Source: Longivirga aurantiaca
GTDB taxonomy: Bacteria; Actinomycetota; Actinomycetes; S36-B12; CAIYMF01
Assembly: GCF_042660085.1 (NCBI RefSeq)
Contig: NZ_JBHSTI010000008.1
Span: forward strand, 1,809,876-1,841,875
Direction of reading: 5' to 3'
DNA length: 32,000 nt
Part shown: positions 20,598-30,102 of the stretch, piece after piece
Position numbering within the stretch: position 1 is the stretch's first letter
Layout: each line of letters starts with the position of its first letter
Notes under the pieces: generated by a model
Database searches by the model: none
What the model saw: the letters and a program-made list of their open reading frames with translations, nothing else
Told to the model about the DNA's origin: nothing
Translations under genes and position numbers: made by a program

Positions 20598-22963
20598 GCG
20601 CGACCGACACCCGACCGGCAGCCGATGCCTCGGGCGCACTCGATCGGGCCCGCCCGGGTGCACCCGTCCCCCGCTCGCTCACCGTCCCGGGCGTGCTCCT
20701 GCCGACGATCGCGGTGTGGGTGGCCGTCATGCTCTCGGCCCTGTGCCTCGGCTCGCTGTACGTCGAGTCCGGCTGGATCGGCGCCACGATGCTCACGGTC
20801 ACCGCCGTCGTCGCGGCGGGCGGCCTCGCCACCTGGCTGCGCGTCCCGATGGTGCTCGTCCCGGTGCTGTGCGCGCTGGCGATGTTCTCCGCGCTGACGC
20901 TGCGGTTCGTGACCGACGCGCCCTGGGGGTTCGTGCCGTCGCCGTACGCCCTGGGCGAGCTGCGCGACCTCCTCGCCGTCGGCACCACCGACATCAGCCG
21001 CTTCGCCCCGCCCGTGCCCGTGACCGAGGGCCTCACGGCGGTGACCGCGCTCGGGATCGGCAGCGTCGCGCTCGTGGTGTTCGTGCTCCAGGTCGTCCTC
21101 CGACTGCCCGCGGTCGCCGGCCTCCCGCTCGTCGCCCTGTACGTCGTCCCCTCGGCCGTGCTGACGGTCGGCGCCCCCTGGTGGGCGTTCGTCTGCGTGG
21201 GCGCCGGCTGGCTGCTGCTGCTCGTGGCCGACGAGCGGCTGACCCTCATCAGCTGGGGCAAGCTGCTCAAGCGCAGCGACGGCCTCGGCGGCTCCGTGGC
21301 GCTGTCGGGCCTGTCGTCGGCCGCCTTCCGGCTCGGTGCGGTCGCCGTCGCGCTGGCGCTCGTGCTGCCTGTGGTGATCCCGGGACTGACCGACGCCGTC
21401 ATGGGCCGCAGCGTGACCGGTGGAGGCGAGGGCGAGGGCGGCGGCGAGGGCGGCGACCCGGCGTCGATCGGGCTCGACCCGATCGTGGGCCTGCAGCGCA
21501 ACCTGCTCAACAACCCCGACGTCACGGTGCTCACCTACCGCACCACCGACCGCACCCCGGGCTACCTCCGGGCCGTGGTGCTCGAGAACTTCGACGGCGA
21601 CTCGTGGAAGCCGCGTGCCTTCTCCCCGGACGCGGGGGCCACGCCGCTCGCCGACGGCGTCTACTCCCTCGACGGCCTGCCCGCCGAGGTGCCCCGTCAG
21701 GAGTACCGCTACGACCTCGCCGCGGACAAGCTCGACAGCCGGTTCCTCCCGCTGCCCGAGGAGCCGCTGACGGTCGGCCTGGACGGCGACTGGTTCGTCG
21801 ACCAGGCGACCAGCACGGTCTTCGGCGCCGACGAGTCCACGACCACGGCCGGACGCAGCTGGGGCGTCGACGCCGTCGAGGTCTCGCCCACCCCCGAGCA
21901 GCTCCGCGCCGCGGCGCCGCTCACCGGGCTCGAGCGCGCGGCGGTGCAGGGCTCGGTCGAGATCCCCGACTCCCTGGCCGAGACCGCGCGGCAGCTGACG
22001 GCGGATTCGGCCACCGACTTCGACTCCGCCCGGGCCCTCGAGCAGTGGTTCCAGAGGGAGTTCACGTACTCCACCAACGTGCAGTCGGACTCCTCCGCGT
22101 CGTACCTCGAGCAGTTCCTGCGCGACAAGACGGGCTACTGCGAGCAGTTCTCCGCGACGATGGCGCTGATGGCGACCTCGCTCGGGATCCGGTCGCGGGT
22201 CGTCGTCGGCTACACCAGCGGCACCGCCGTCGCGGGCGACGAGGGCGCGTGGCGGGTCTCGGGCAAGAACGCCCACGCGTGGCCCGAGCTCTACTTCACC
22301 GGCCTCGGCTGGGTGCGGTTCGAGCCGACGCCCGCCACGGGCGGCGCCGGGATCACCACGCCGCCGTACACCGGGCCTGCGGCCGACAACCCCACGCCGA
22401 CGCCGAGCGGCAGCGCGAGCTCGCGTCCGGCGGGCAACCGTGCCGAGCAGGACCTCGCCGACATCCGGGGCGACAAGGGCCTCGTCGTCGACCTGCCGTC
22501 GTCCGCCTCGGGCCTGCCAGCCGACTGGTGGCGCGCCTGGGTCTTCGGCGGGCTGGTCGTGCTCGCCCTGCTCGCCGCGCTCATCCCGGCCGCACGGCGC
22601 GTGCTGCGCCGGCGCCGGCGCCTCGGCGCCGAGGCCGACGCCGAGGCCGCCTGGTCCGAGCTGCGCGACAGCGCCATCGACGTGGGCGCCGAGTGGTCGG
22701 ACTCCCGCACGCCGCGCCAGGCCGTGGCGGCGCTCGTGGACGACCAGCGTCTCTCCGGTGCCGCAGCCGACGCCGCGACCCGGCTCGGACGGGCGGTCGA
22801 GCGCGCCCGCTACGCCCCCACTCCCCCGGACCTGACCCTCGTGACCGACGACGTGACGACGGTGCGCTCGGCGATGCTCCACCGGCTCGACCGGCGTCGA
22901 CGGGCCCGGGCGACCCTCGCCCCCGCGTCGCTGCGCGCGTCGCGCGAGGACGTGCGGGTCTGA
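20594..22963 (+). CDS. Transglutaminase-like TgpA family membrane protein
   Basis: ATG 20594 (ATGA overlap with DUF58), 789 aa; N-terminal multi-TM, FLRDKTGYCEQFSATMALMATSLGIRSRVVVGY, NAHAWPELYF (Cys-His-Asp), C-terminal TM. Confidence 0.92.
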   Translation: MSATDTRPAADASGALDRARPGAPVPRSLTVPGVLLPTIAVWVAVMLSALCLGSLYVESGWIGATMLTVTAVVAAGGLATWLRVPMVLVPVLCALAMFSALTLRFVTDAPWGFVPSPYALGELRDLLAVGTTDISRFAPPVPVTEGLTAVTALGIGSVALVVFVLQVVLRLPAVAGLPLVALYVVPSAVLTVGAPWWAFVCVGAGWLLLLVADERLTLISWGKLLKRSDGLGGSVALSGLSSAAFRLGAVAVALALVLPVVIPGLTDAVMGRSVTGGGEGEGGGEGGDPASIGLDPIVGLQRNLLNNPDVTVLTYRTTDRTPGYLRAVVLENFDGDSWKPRAFSPDAGATPLADGVYSLDGLPAEVPRQEYRYDLAADKLDSRFLPLPEEPLTVGLDGDWFVDQATSTVFGADESTTTAGRSWGVDAVEVSPTPEQLRAAAPLTGLERAAVQGSVEIPDSLAETARQLTADSATDFDSARALEQWFQREFTYSTNVQSDSSASYLEQFLRDKTGYCEQFSATMALMATSLGIRSRVVVGYTSGTAVAGDEGAWRVSGKNAHAWPELYFTGLGWVRFEPTPATGGAGITTPPYTGPAADNPTPTPSGSASSRPAGNRAEQDLADIRGDKGLVVDLPSSASGLPADWWRAWVFGGLVVLALLAALIPAARRVLRRRRRLGAEADAEAAWSELRDSAIDVGAEWSDSRTPRQAVAALVDDQRLSGAAADAATRLGRAVERARYAPTPPDLTLVTDDVTTVRSAMLHRLDRRRRARATLAPASLRASREDVRV

Positions 22964-23003
22964 GGGAGTCCGCCACCGGACGGCGGTCACGTAGCACAGA
23001 CAG

Positions 23004-23033
23004 CGGCCGCGGACCCTGACGGGTCCGCGGCCG
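23004..23033. terminator. Bidirectional terminator-like hairpin between convergent genes
   Basis: CGGCCGCGGACCC-TGAC-GGGTCCGCGGCCG, perfect 13-bp stem and 4-nt loop between the 22963 (+) and 23051 (-) stop codons. Confidence 0.75.
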
Positions 23034-23050
23034 GTTGCTGTGCTGGGGGG

Positions 23051-23446
23051 CTACTCGCCGCCGTCGCCCTCGCGACGCTTGCGGAAGCGCTCGTCCATCT
23101 TGTCCATGAAGCCCGACTTGGGCGCCTGCGCCTTGGCCTTCTTGGTGGCGGGGGCGGCGGCCGGGGCGGCGGCCTCGGGCTCGGCGCGCAGCGTCTGGAT
23201 CACCACGAAGGTGCCGCCGAGCATCCCGAGGAAGCCGACGACGCCGAGCGGGATGATCGAGGTGGCGGCACCGGCGATGAGCAGCGCGACACCGACGAGG
23301 GCGACGAGCACGCCGATCGCGGCTTTGCGGCGGCTGCCCGGACGAGGACCGGCGGAGCGCAGGCTGGAGGCGAACTTCGGGTCCTCGGCGTAGAGGGCCC
23401 GCTCCATCTGCTCGAGCAGTCGCTGCTCGTGCTCGGAGAGCGGCAC
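23051..23446 (-). CDS. DUF3040 domain-containing membrane protein
   Basis: MPLSEHEQRLLEQMERALYAEDPKFASSLR = DUF3040 N-term; two TM segments; SD GGAGGAGCC. Confidence 0.92.
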   Translation of the reverse strand: MPLSEHEQRLLEQMERALYAEDPKFASSLRSAGPRPGSRRKAAIGVLVALVGVALLIAGAATSIIPLGVVGFLGMLGGTFVVIQTLRAEPEAAAPAAAPATKKAKAQAPKSGFMDKMDERFRKRREGDGGE

Positions 23447-23695
23447 GGCTCCTCCTCAGGTGTCGGGCACGGGGTGCGCCCATGTTCTACACGTCTGAGG
23501 ATAGGCAGCACGGGCCGATGTGGAAACCCAGAGTCCCCAAGTGGTCCCCGGAGTGTCGATCGGGCGGCGTGCCGGCACCGTCCTCAGGTGGTCCATCGGC
23601 ACCGTCCCGGGTCCACCTGAGGCGAACGGGATCGGCCGATCGGATCCACTGTGCACGACGAACCGGGCCCTCCGGGCGTTCCCGGCTGGGTCGGC

Positions 23696-25027
23696 TCAGC
23701 CCCGGCCGGGCCTCGGCGCGGTGGGCTGGATCCCGCCGAATCCCCCGTGATCGTCCGGCTCCTCGGGGCCGGGCACGAGGCGGGCAGGGCGCACCGACCC
23801 CCGCCCGAACCGGGCCTCGGCCCGGTCGACGGCCTGCTCGGCCTCGCGCCAGCCGAGCTCGGGCTCGTCGAAGAGCATCTGGCGCGTGGCATCGGCCGCC
23901 TCGACGAGCCCCTCGACCTTCACCCCGACCAGGCGCAGCCGGGCCCGCTGCAGGCCCAGCGCGTCGTAGAGGTCGCGAGCCGTGGAGTAGACCTCGCGGC
24001 CGACATCGGTGTGCGAGCGCAGGGTTCGCGACCGGGTGATGGTGGAGAAGTCGGCGAAGCGCACCTTGATCGACACCGTCCGGCCGGCGACCCCGGCCCT
24101 GCGCAGCCGCGAGGCCACCTTCTCCGACAGGCGCAGGAGCTCGCGGTGGATCACCTCGGGGTCGTCGACGTCGCGCGGGAAGGTCTCCTCGTTGCTGATG
24201 CTCTTCTCGCCCTCGGGCACCTCGACGCCGCGCGGGTCGCGGCCCCAGGCGAGCGCCGCGAGGTGCTGCCCCGCGGCCGGCCCGAGGGCGCGGACGAGGG
24301 TGTCGACCGGCGTGTGGGCGATGTCGCCGACGGTGCGGAGCCCGAGCCTCGTCAGCTGCTCCTCCGTCTTCTCCCCCACGCCCCAGAGCGCGCCGACAGG
24401 GAGGGGGTGCAGGAAGGCCACGACGCGGTCGGCGGGCACCACGAGCAGGCCGTCGGGCTTGGCCTGGGTGGAGGCGAGCTTGGCGACGAACTTGGTCGAG
24501 GCGACGCCGACGGTGCAGGTGATGCCCTGCTCGTCGTGCACCCGCGCCCGGATCTGCTCGGCGATGACCGCGGGCGGCCCGAGCCGTCGGATGCTCCCGG
24601 AGACGTCGAGGAACGCCTCGTCGAGCGAGAGCGGCTCGACGAGCGGCGTGATGTCGCGGAACACCGCCATCACGCCGGCCGACACCGCGGTGTAGAGCTC
24701 GAAGTCCGGCGGCAGCACGACGAGCTGCGGGCAGAGCCGCTTGGCGCGCGACATCGGCATGGCTGAGTGGACGCCGTACTTCCGGGCCTCGTACGTGGCG
24801 GCGGTGACGACGCCGCGCGAGCCCTCGCCGCCGACGATGACGGGCTTGCCGCGCAGCTCGGGGCGGCTGCGCAGCTCGCAGGACGCGTAGAAGGCGTCCA
24901 TGTCGACGTGCAGGATCGGGCAGCCGTCGTCCTCGCGCCGGCCGTCGTGGGCGACACGGGAGTCGCCGCTGGCCGAGACGTCGGCCTGGGTGATGCGCGC
25001 GCCCCGGGTGATCTGGCTGCGGCTCAC
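23696..25027 (-). CDS. dinB: DNA polymerase IV (Y-family, DinB)
   Basis: ILHVDMDAFYASCELRSRPELRGKPVIVGG, YEARKYGVHSAMPMSRAKRLCP, PLSLDEAFLDVSGS, GVGEKTEEQLTRLGLRTVGDIA. Exact GTG start is uncertain. Confidence 0.93.
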   Translation of the reverse strand: MSRSQITRGARITQADVSASGDSRVAHDGRREDDGCPILHVDMDAFYASCELRSRPELRGKPVIVGGEGSRGVVTAATYEARKYGVHSAMPMSRAKRLCPQLVVLPPDFELYTAVSAGVMAVFRDITPLVEPLSLDEAFLDVSGSIRRLGPPAVIAEQIRARVHDEQGITCTVGVASTKFVAKLASTQAKPDGLLVVPADRVVAFLHPLPVGALWGVGEKTEEQLTRLGLRTVGDIAHTPVDTLVRALGPAAGQHLAALAWGRDPRGVEVPEGEKSISNEETFPRDVDDPEVIHRELLRLSEKVASRLRRAGVAGRTVSIKVRFADFSTITRSRTLRSHTDVGREVYSTARDLYDALGLQRARLRLVGVKVEGLVEAADATRQMLFDEPELGWREAEQAVDRAEARFGRGSVRPARLVPGPEEPDDHGGFGGIQPTAPRPGRG

Positions 25028-25098
25028 CGCCCCTGCCTCCGGCTCTGCTCGTGCTGCACGGGCCCATCATGCGCCCTCGCACCGACCATGCCGCGGCG

Positions 25099-25149
25099 CC
25101 TCACGCTGTGCTGCCTCACGCTGTGCTGCCTCACGCTGTGCTGCCTCAC
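25099..25149. repeat. 15-bp tandem repeat, ~3.4 copies, between dnaE2 and dinB
   Basis: CCTCACGCTGTGCTG x3 + CCTCAC at 25099-25113, 25114-25128, 25129-25143, partial 25144-25149; units identical. Confidence 0.95.
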
Positions 25150-28100
25150 CATCCCGAGCTGCCCGGGCTCGAGTGCCACAGCTTGCTCGGGGCCTCCTTC
25201 TTCTCCTTCGCCCGCTCCTTCTCCGTGCCCGCCTGGCCGCGGGTGTCGGCGGCGTCGACGCCCTGGGGCTTGATGTCGGCGTACGGCGACTGCCGGAACC
25301 CGCTGGCGTGCACGAGCACGCGGCGCACGCGCTCGTCGCCCGAGAGCTCCGACCCGCGCTGGCCCATGCCGCCGGCGGCCGGTCCGGCGCCACCCGACGA
25401 CGCTGCCGCGCCGAGCCCGCCCGGACCGCCGTACTGCGCGCCCTGGGCGGCGGCCGGCACCACCGCGACCGGCCGGGTCGACCGGCTGCCCGCACGCCCG
25501 GCGACCGCGGCCTCGTCGGAGTCGTCGCGGGTGCCGCCGTCGTCGAGGATCGCGGCCACCGCGGGGAGGCCGCCCGCCCGCCAGGCGTCGTGCACGACGC
25601 CGAGCTCCCAGGCGCCGGTGGCGCGCAGCGAGATGCCGCGCGGGCCGGTGCGCCGGATCACCCCGCGTACGAGCAGCAGCCACGACCCGAACACCGTGGC
25701 CGCGTAGGGGCCCTGGGCGTCCTCGAAGAAGGTGGCGTCGACCGGGCCGGTGGAGTCGTCGAGGGTGAGGAACACGACGCGCCGGCCCGAGCGCACCGGC
25801 GGGGTCTGGGTGGCCACCTTCACCCCGGCCACGAGCACCTCGGACTGGCTGCGGCGCCCGAGCAGGTCGCGCGAGCGCGCGACGCCGAGGGCATCGAGCA
25901 TCGGGGCGTAGAAGTCCACGAGGTGCCGGCTGGCGTCGAGGCCGAGCACCTCGAGCTCGGCGCGCACCCGCTCGGCGTCGGTCATCTCGGGCAGGCCGCT
26001 CGCGGCCACCTCCCCCGGCGCGTCGCCGAGGTCGAGGGCGAGCTGCACGTCGAGGTCGGCGGCGGTGGTCGCGGCGGCCGGGCCCTGGGCCTGGCGCCGG
26101 GCGGCGCGCACGGTGTCGCGGTCGGCGTCCACGGTGACGCCGAGCGGGATGCCGGTGGGCCCGAGCGGGAGGTCGCGCCGCTTGCCCGCCGACCGGGGGG
26201 CGGCGGCCTTGGCCGCGCGCGTGGTGGCCCGGGTGTGCCGGTCGAGGTCGGCCACCTGCAGCAGGAGGTCGCGTCGGGTCACCCGGCCGCGGCGGCGCAC
26301 CGGGCTCGACAGGCCGATGCCGTAGAGGGAGTCGAACCCGCCCGCGACCACGAGCCGCTCGACCACCGGGCGGGAGACCCGGGCGCGGGTCCAGAAGTCC
26401 GACAGCGAGCCGTACGGCCGGCCCGCCACGATCCGCTCGACCTCGGCGTCGGTGATGCCCTTGACGTCGGCGAGCGAGAGCCGGATGCCGTACGCCGACC
26501 CGTCGGGCAGGCCGGGCACATCGGGGCCGCGGCGCGGGCGCTCGTCGAGGATCTCCGGCGGCGGCTCGTCGTACGGCGAGACCTTCTCGACGGAGTAGGT
26601 GCCCACCGACGCGTTGACGTCGAGGCTGAGCACCGCGATGCCGAGGTTGCGCGCGTCGTCGAGGATCAGCCGCTTCGGGTACATGCCCGGGTCGTGGGTG
26701 AGCACGCCGGCGAGGAACGCCGCCGGGTGGTGGGCCTTCAGCCACGCCGAGTGGTACGTCGGCAGCGCGAACGCGGCGGCGTGCGCCTTGCAGAAGCCGA
26801 ACGACGCGAACGCCTTGAGGACGTCCCAGACCTTCTCGATCGTCGCGAGCTCGTAGCCCTCGGCGCGGGAGGCGGGGTAGAACCACGCGCGGACGTCCTG
26901 CTGCCCCTCGGGCGAGCCCATGCTGCGGCGCACCTCGTCGGCCTCGGCGAGCGAGCAGCCCGTCATCACCGCGACGAGACGCAGCACCTGCTCGTGGAAG
27001 ACCACGACGCCGTAGGTCTCCTCGAGGGCAGGGCGGAGCGCGGGGTGCAGGTAGACGGGGTCGTTCCAGCCCTGCCGCGCGCGCAGGAACGGCGTGACCA
27101 TGTCGGACTTCACCGGCCCCGGGCGGAACAGCGAGATGTCGGTGATGAGGTCGCCGAAGGTCTCGGGCGCGAACTTGCCGACGAGCTCGCGCTGGCCGGG
27201 CGACTCGATCTGGAAGCAGCCGAGGGTGTGCGCGGACTTGATGAGCGCGAACGTCGCCTCGTCGTCGTGCGGCACGGCGTCGAGGTCGACCGTCTCGCCG
27301 TCGACGCGCTCGATCTCGGTGAGGGCGTAGGCCATCGACGACTGCATACGGATACCGAGGACGTCGAGCTTGAGCAGGCCGAGCTCCTCGACGTCGTCCT
27401 TGTCGAACTGGCTCATGGGGAAGCCCATCCAGCTGGCCTCGACCGGGGTGCGGTCGAGCAGCGTGGCGTCCGAGAGCAGCACGCCGCACGGGTGCAGGGC
27501 GATGTGCCGCGGCAGGCCGTCGAGCGCCTCGACGAGGGTGAGGAACCCGTCGAGCTCGCCGCGGGCGGCGAGGCGCCCGAGGCCCGAGGCCCGCAGCTCG
27601 GGCAGCTCCTGCAGCGCGTTGCGCGCATCGCGCGCGCGGATGTGCGGGAACGCGGTGGCGAACGCGTCGATCTCGCCGGGCGGCATCCCGAGGGCGGCGC
27701 CGACGTCGCGGACGGCGTGCCGCACGCGGTAGGTGTCGCGCATCGACACGCAGGCGCACCGCTCGCCGCCGAAGCGCTCGAGGATCCGCTCGTACACCTC
27801 GGTGCGGCGGGCGGACTCGACGTCGACGTCGATGTCGGGCAGCGCGCGGCGCAACGGCGAGAGGAACCGCTCCATGAGCAGGCCGTGGGCGAGCGGGTCG
27901 ACGCCGGAGATGCCGAGCAGGTGGTTGACGAGGCTGCCCGCGCCCGACCCGCGCGCGGTGACGCGGACGTCCATGCCCTTGATGAGGTCGACGACCTCGC
28001 CGACGGTGAGGAAGTAGCCCGCGAACCCGAGCACCCCGATCGTCTCGAGCTCGGCGTCGAGCCGCTCGCGCGCCTGCCGCGCGCGGTCGGCGCGGGTGCG

Positions 28101-29399
28101 GCGGGTGCGCGGGAGGTAGTCGGTGAGCGCGGCCTCGCACCGGGCTCGCAGGTGCCGGTCGGCCTCGAGCGCCTCGGCCGCGAGCGCCGTCGGGCCGCGG
28201 TCGCGGACGGCGCTGCTGCTGCCTGCCGTGCGCGCGGGCAGCAGGAGGTCGAGCTCGGGCACGTGCACCTCGCCGATCCCGAGGTCGGCGACGGGGTCGA
28301 GCCGGCAGGCCTCGGCGAGGGTGCGGGTGTCGGCGAGCAGGCGGTCGACCTCGCGCTGCTCGCTGCTGCCCGAGGCCGTGCCCGACATCCGCACCACCTC
28401 GCGGGCCACCTGCTCCATCCGCAGGCCGTCGGCGAGGTGCCCCTCGCCGTTGGCGCGGTCGAGGTGGCGGGAGTCGAGCGGCACGAGTCGGCGGATGGCG
28501 TCGAGGACGTCGACCACCGGCGCCTGGTCGCGCTCGGCGTGCCGCACGGCGTTGGTGAGCACCGCGGGCAGGTCGTGCTCGCGGGCGAAGGCGAGCATCC
28601 GGGCGGCGAACGCCGAGGAGTAGGGCAGACCGCGGGTGCGGGCGCCGGACAGGTCGGTGGTCGCCGTCGCGGAGTCGCGGGCGCGGTGGCTCACCACCTC
28701 GATCGCGAGCCGTCGCCCGAACGCCGCGCGCCACGGGGCGAGGGCGGTGAGGGCGAGGTCGGGACGTCGTCGCGCGAGCGCCCGGCCGACCTCGGACTCC
28801 GGGCCGAGCAGCACGACGAGGCCGTCGCTGTGCCGGGCGACGACCTCGGGCGTGGTGACGGGCGCACCGCGCACCGCCTGCTCCCCCGGCAGGGCGTCCG
28901 AGCCGAGGCCGAGGTGCGCGGCGGACACGAGCCGGCACAGCGACGCCCAGCCGGTGCGTCCGCGTGCGAGCAGCACGACCCGCGGGTGCCGCGGGTCGAC
29001 CTCGGCACCGCCGCGCGCGGGGGTGCGGCGCGCGGGCTGGGCCCGTGTGCTGCTCGTGCGCTCGGCGAGGGTCGGGCCGGCGCCGAGCCGGCCGGCCGCG
29101 GTGCGCTGCACCCGGGACCCGAGCCCGGCACGCCCGGTGCCGCCGGTGACCGAGCCGAGCGTCGGAACCTCGAGACCAGCGCGGACCGCGAGGTCGAGGC
29201 CGAGGATCGGGGCGATCCCGGCGTCGCGGCAGGCGAGGACGAACCGCACCGCGCCGTACAGGCCGTCGCGGTCGGTGAGGGCGAGGGAGTCCTGCCCGAG
29301 GTCGGCCGCCCGCGCCACGAGCGCAGCCGGGCTGCTCGCGCCGTGGCGCAGGGAGTAGCCCGAGGCGACGTGGAGGTGGACGAAGGGGTCGTCGGCCAC
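25146..29399 (-). CDS. dnaE2: Error-prone DNA polymerase III alpha subunit DnaE2
   Basis: GTG 29399 (VADDPFVHLHVASGYSLRHG, PHP domain), PDIDVDVESARR catalytic motif, FCKAHAAAFALPTYHSAWLKAHHPAAFLAGVLTHDPGMY, 1417 aa. Confidence 0.93.
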   Translation of the reverse strand: MADDPFVHLHVASGYSLRHGASSPAALVARAADLGQDSLALTDRDGLYGAVRFVLACRDAGIAPILGLDLAVRAGLEVPTLGSVTGGTGRAGLGSRVQRTAAGRLGAGPTLAERTSSTRAQPARRTPARGGAEVDPRHPRVVLLARGRTGWASLCRLVSAAHLGLGSDALPGEQAVRGAPVTTPEVVARHSDGLVVLLGPESEVGRALARRRPDLALTALAPWRAAFGRRLAIEVVSHRARDSATATTDLSGARTRGLPYSSAFAARMLAFAREHDLPAVLTNAVRHAERDQAPVVDVLDAIRRLVPLDSRHLDRANGEGHLADGLRMEQVAREVVRMSGTASGSSEQREVDRLLADTRTLAEACRLDPVADLGIGEVHVPELDLLLPARTAGSSSAVRDRGPTALAAEALEADRHLRARCEAALTDYLPRTRRTRADRARQARERLDAELETIGVLGFAGYFLTVGEVVDLIKGMDVRVTARGSGAGSLVNHLLGISGVDPLAHGLLMERFLSPLRRALPDIDVDVESARRTEVYERILERFGGERCACVSMRDTYRVRHAVRDVGAALGMPPGEIDAFATAFPHIRARDARNALQELPELRASGLGRLAARGELDGFLTLVEALDGLPRHIALHPCGVLLSDATLLDRTPVEASWMGFPMSQFDKDDVEELGLLKLDVLGIRMQSSMAYALTEIERVDGETVDLDAVPHDDEATFALIKSAHTLGCFQIESPGQRELVGKFAPETFGDLITDISLFRPGPVKSDMVTPFLRARQGWNDPVYLHPALRPALEETYGVVVFHEQVLRLVAVMTGCSLAEADEVRRSMGSPEGQQDVRAWFYPASRAEGYELATIEKVWDVLKAFASFGFCKAHAAAFALPTYHSAWLKAHHPAAFLAGVLTHDPGMYPKRLILDDARNLGIAVLSLDVNASVGTYSVEKVSPYDEPPPEILDERPRRGPDVPGLPDGSAYGIRLSLADVKGITDAEVERIVAGRPYGSLSDFWTRARVSRPVVERLVVAGGFDSLYGIGLSSPVRRRGRVTRRDLLLQVADLDRHTRATTRAAKAAAPRSAGKRRDLPLGPTGIPLGVTVDADRDTVRAARRQAQGPAAATTAADLDVQLALDLGDAPGEVAASGLPEMTDAERVRAELEVLGLDASRHLVDFYAPMLDALGVARSRDLLGRRSQSEVLVAGVKVATQTPPVRSGRRVVFLTLDDSTGPVDATFFEDAQGPYAATVFGSWLLLVRGVIRRTGPRGISLRATGAWELGVVHDAWRAGGLPAVAAILDDGGTRDDSDEAAVAGRAGSRSTRPVAVVPAAAQGAQYGGPGGLGAAASSGGAGPAAGGMGQRGSELSGDERVRRVLVHASGFRQSPYADIKPQGVDAADTRGQAGTEKERAKEKKEAPSKLWHSSPGSSGW

Positions 29400-29403
29400 G
29401 GCC

Positions 29404-29910
29404 TTACGACACTGCTGCGGAGGGACCGCCGAGCAGCGGCTGGTGCGGCACGCCGAGCAGCCGGGCGACCCGGGCGAGGAAGGCCTCGGCGTCGCGGACG
29501 AGGTCGTCGGCCTCGCGCTCGCTGACGACGCCGCGCAGCCCTGCCTCGGCCGCGGCGCGCTTGCCCGCGCCGGCCGCGAAGAACTGCGCCCACTCGCCGA
29601 GCTCGGGGGCCACCTCGGCGAGCAGCACCCAGGCGCTGCGCAGCCGGGCCGAGCGCTTGCCGCGCGGACGGGCCCGGGCCGCGAGCACCGCGGCGGCGGC
29701 ACGCAGCGCCGAGAGATGGGCGCGGGCGTAGCGCAGCCCGGTGTCGTCGGTGGAGCCGGCGGCGAGCAGCTCGCGCGCGGCCCCGGCGAGCAGGTCGCGG
29801 CTCGCGGCCGGGACCGAGGGCACCGGGGTGGCGGGCAGCGCGTCGGGCGGCACCGGGGTGAGCCCGACCTCGAGGTCGGGCCGGGGCCGGGTCTCGGCGG
29901 TGGCGGTCAT
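29404..29910 (-). CDS. SAV_6107-like (HEPN-type) protein
   Basis: GLRYARAHLSALRAAAAVLAARARPR...SAWVLLAEVAPELGEWAQFFAAGAGKRAAAEAG; ATG 29910 preceded by GGAGGAG; an upstream ATG at 30090 is also open. Lies 4 nt upstream of dnaE2. Confidence 0.75.
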   Translation of the reverse strand: MTATAETRPRPDLEVGLTPVPPDALPATPVPSVPAASRDLLAGAARELLAAGSTDDTGLRYARAHLSALRAAAAVLAARARPRGKRSARLRSAWVLLAEVAPELGEWAQFFAAGAGKRAAAEAGLRGVVSEREADDLVRDAEAFLARVARLLGVPHQPLLGGPSAAVS

Positions 29911-30102
29911 GGCGGCTCCTCCCGGGGTCGGTGCGTCAGAGGCGGGTGCGGGGACGTCGGCGGGCTCGGGCAGCAGCGGCTCGGTGAGGACGAGCTGCAG
30001 CCCCCGGACGGGCGGGCGGAGGCGGACCGGGCGGCCCGGTGCCGGGCTGCGTCGGCCATGAACGCCGCTGCGGGTGCGGGTGCTGGACATCGGGACCTCC
30101 GA

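Noticed and set aside
19951-23019. 1022-aa plus-strand ORF and the 949-aa antisense ORF (20141..22990)
   Set aside because: Both are shadow frames of the DUF58 and transglutaminase genes; no domain motifs.
25099-25149. CRISPR-like array
   Set aside because: 15-bp units are directly abutting with no spacers; this is a simple tandem repeat.
25024-28938. 1304-aa minus-strand ORF in an alternative frame of dnaE2
   Set aside because: Arg/Pro/Ala-rich shadow frame of the genuine dnaE2 reading frame.
24900-29525. 1541-aa plus-strand ORF antisense to dnaE2
   Set aside because: Low-complexity Arg/Gly/Ala/His composition typical of antisense frames in high-GC DNA; the minus strand encodes an unambiguous DnaE2 with catalytic motifs.
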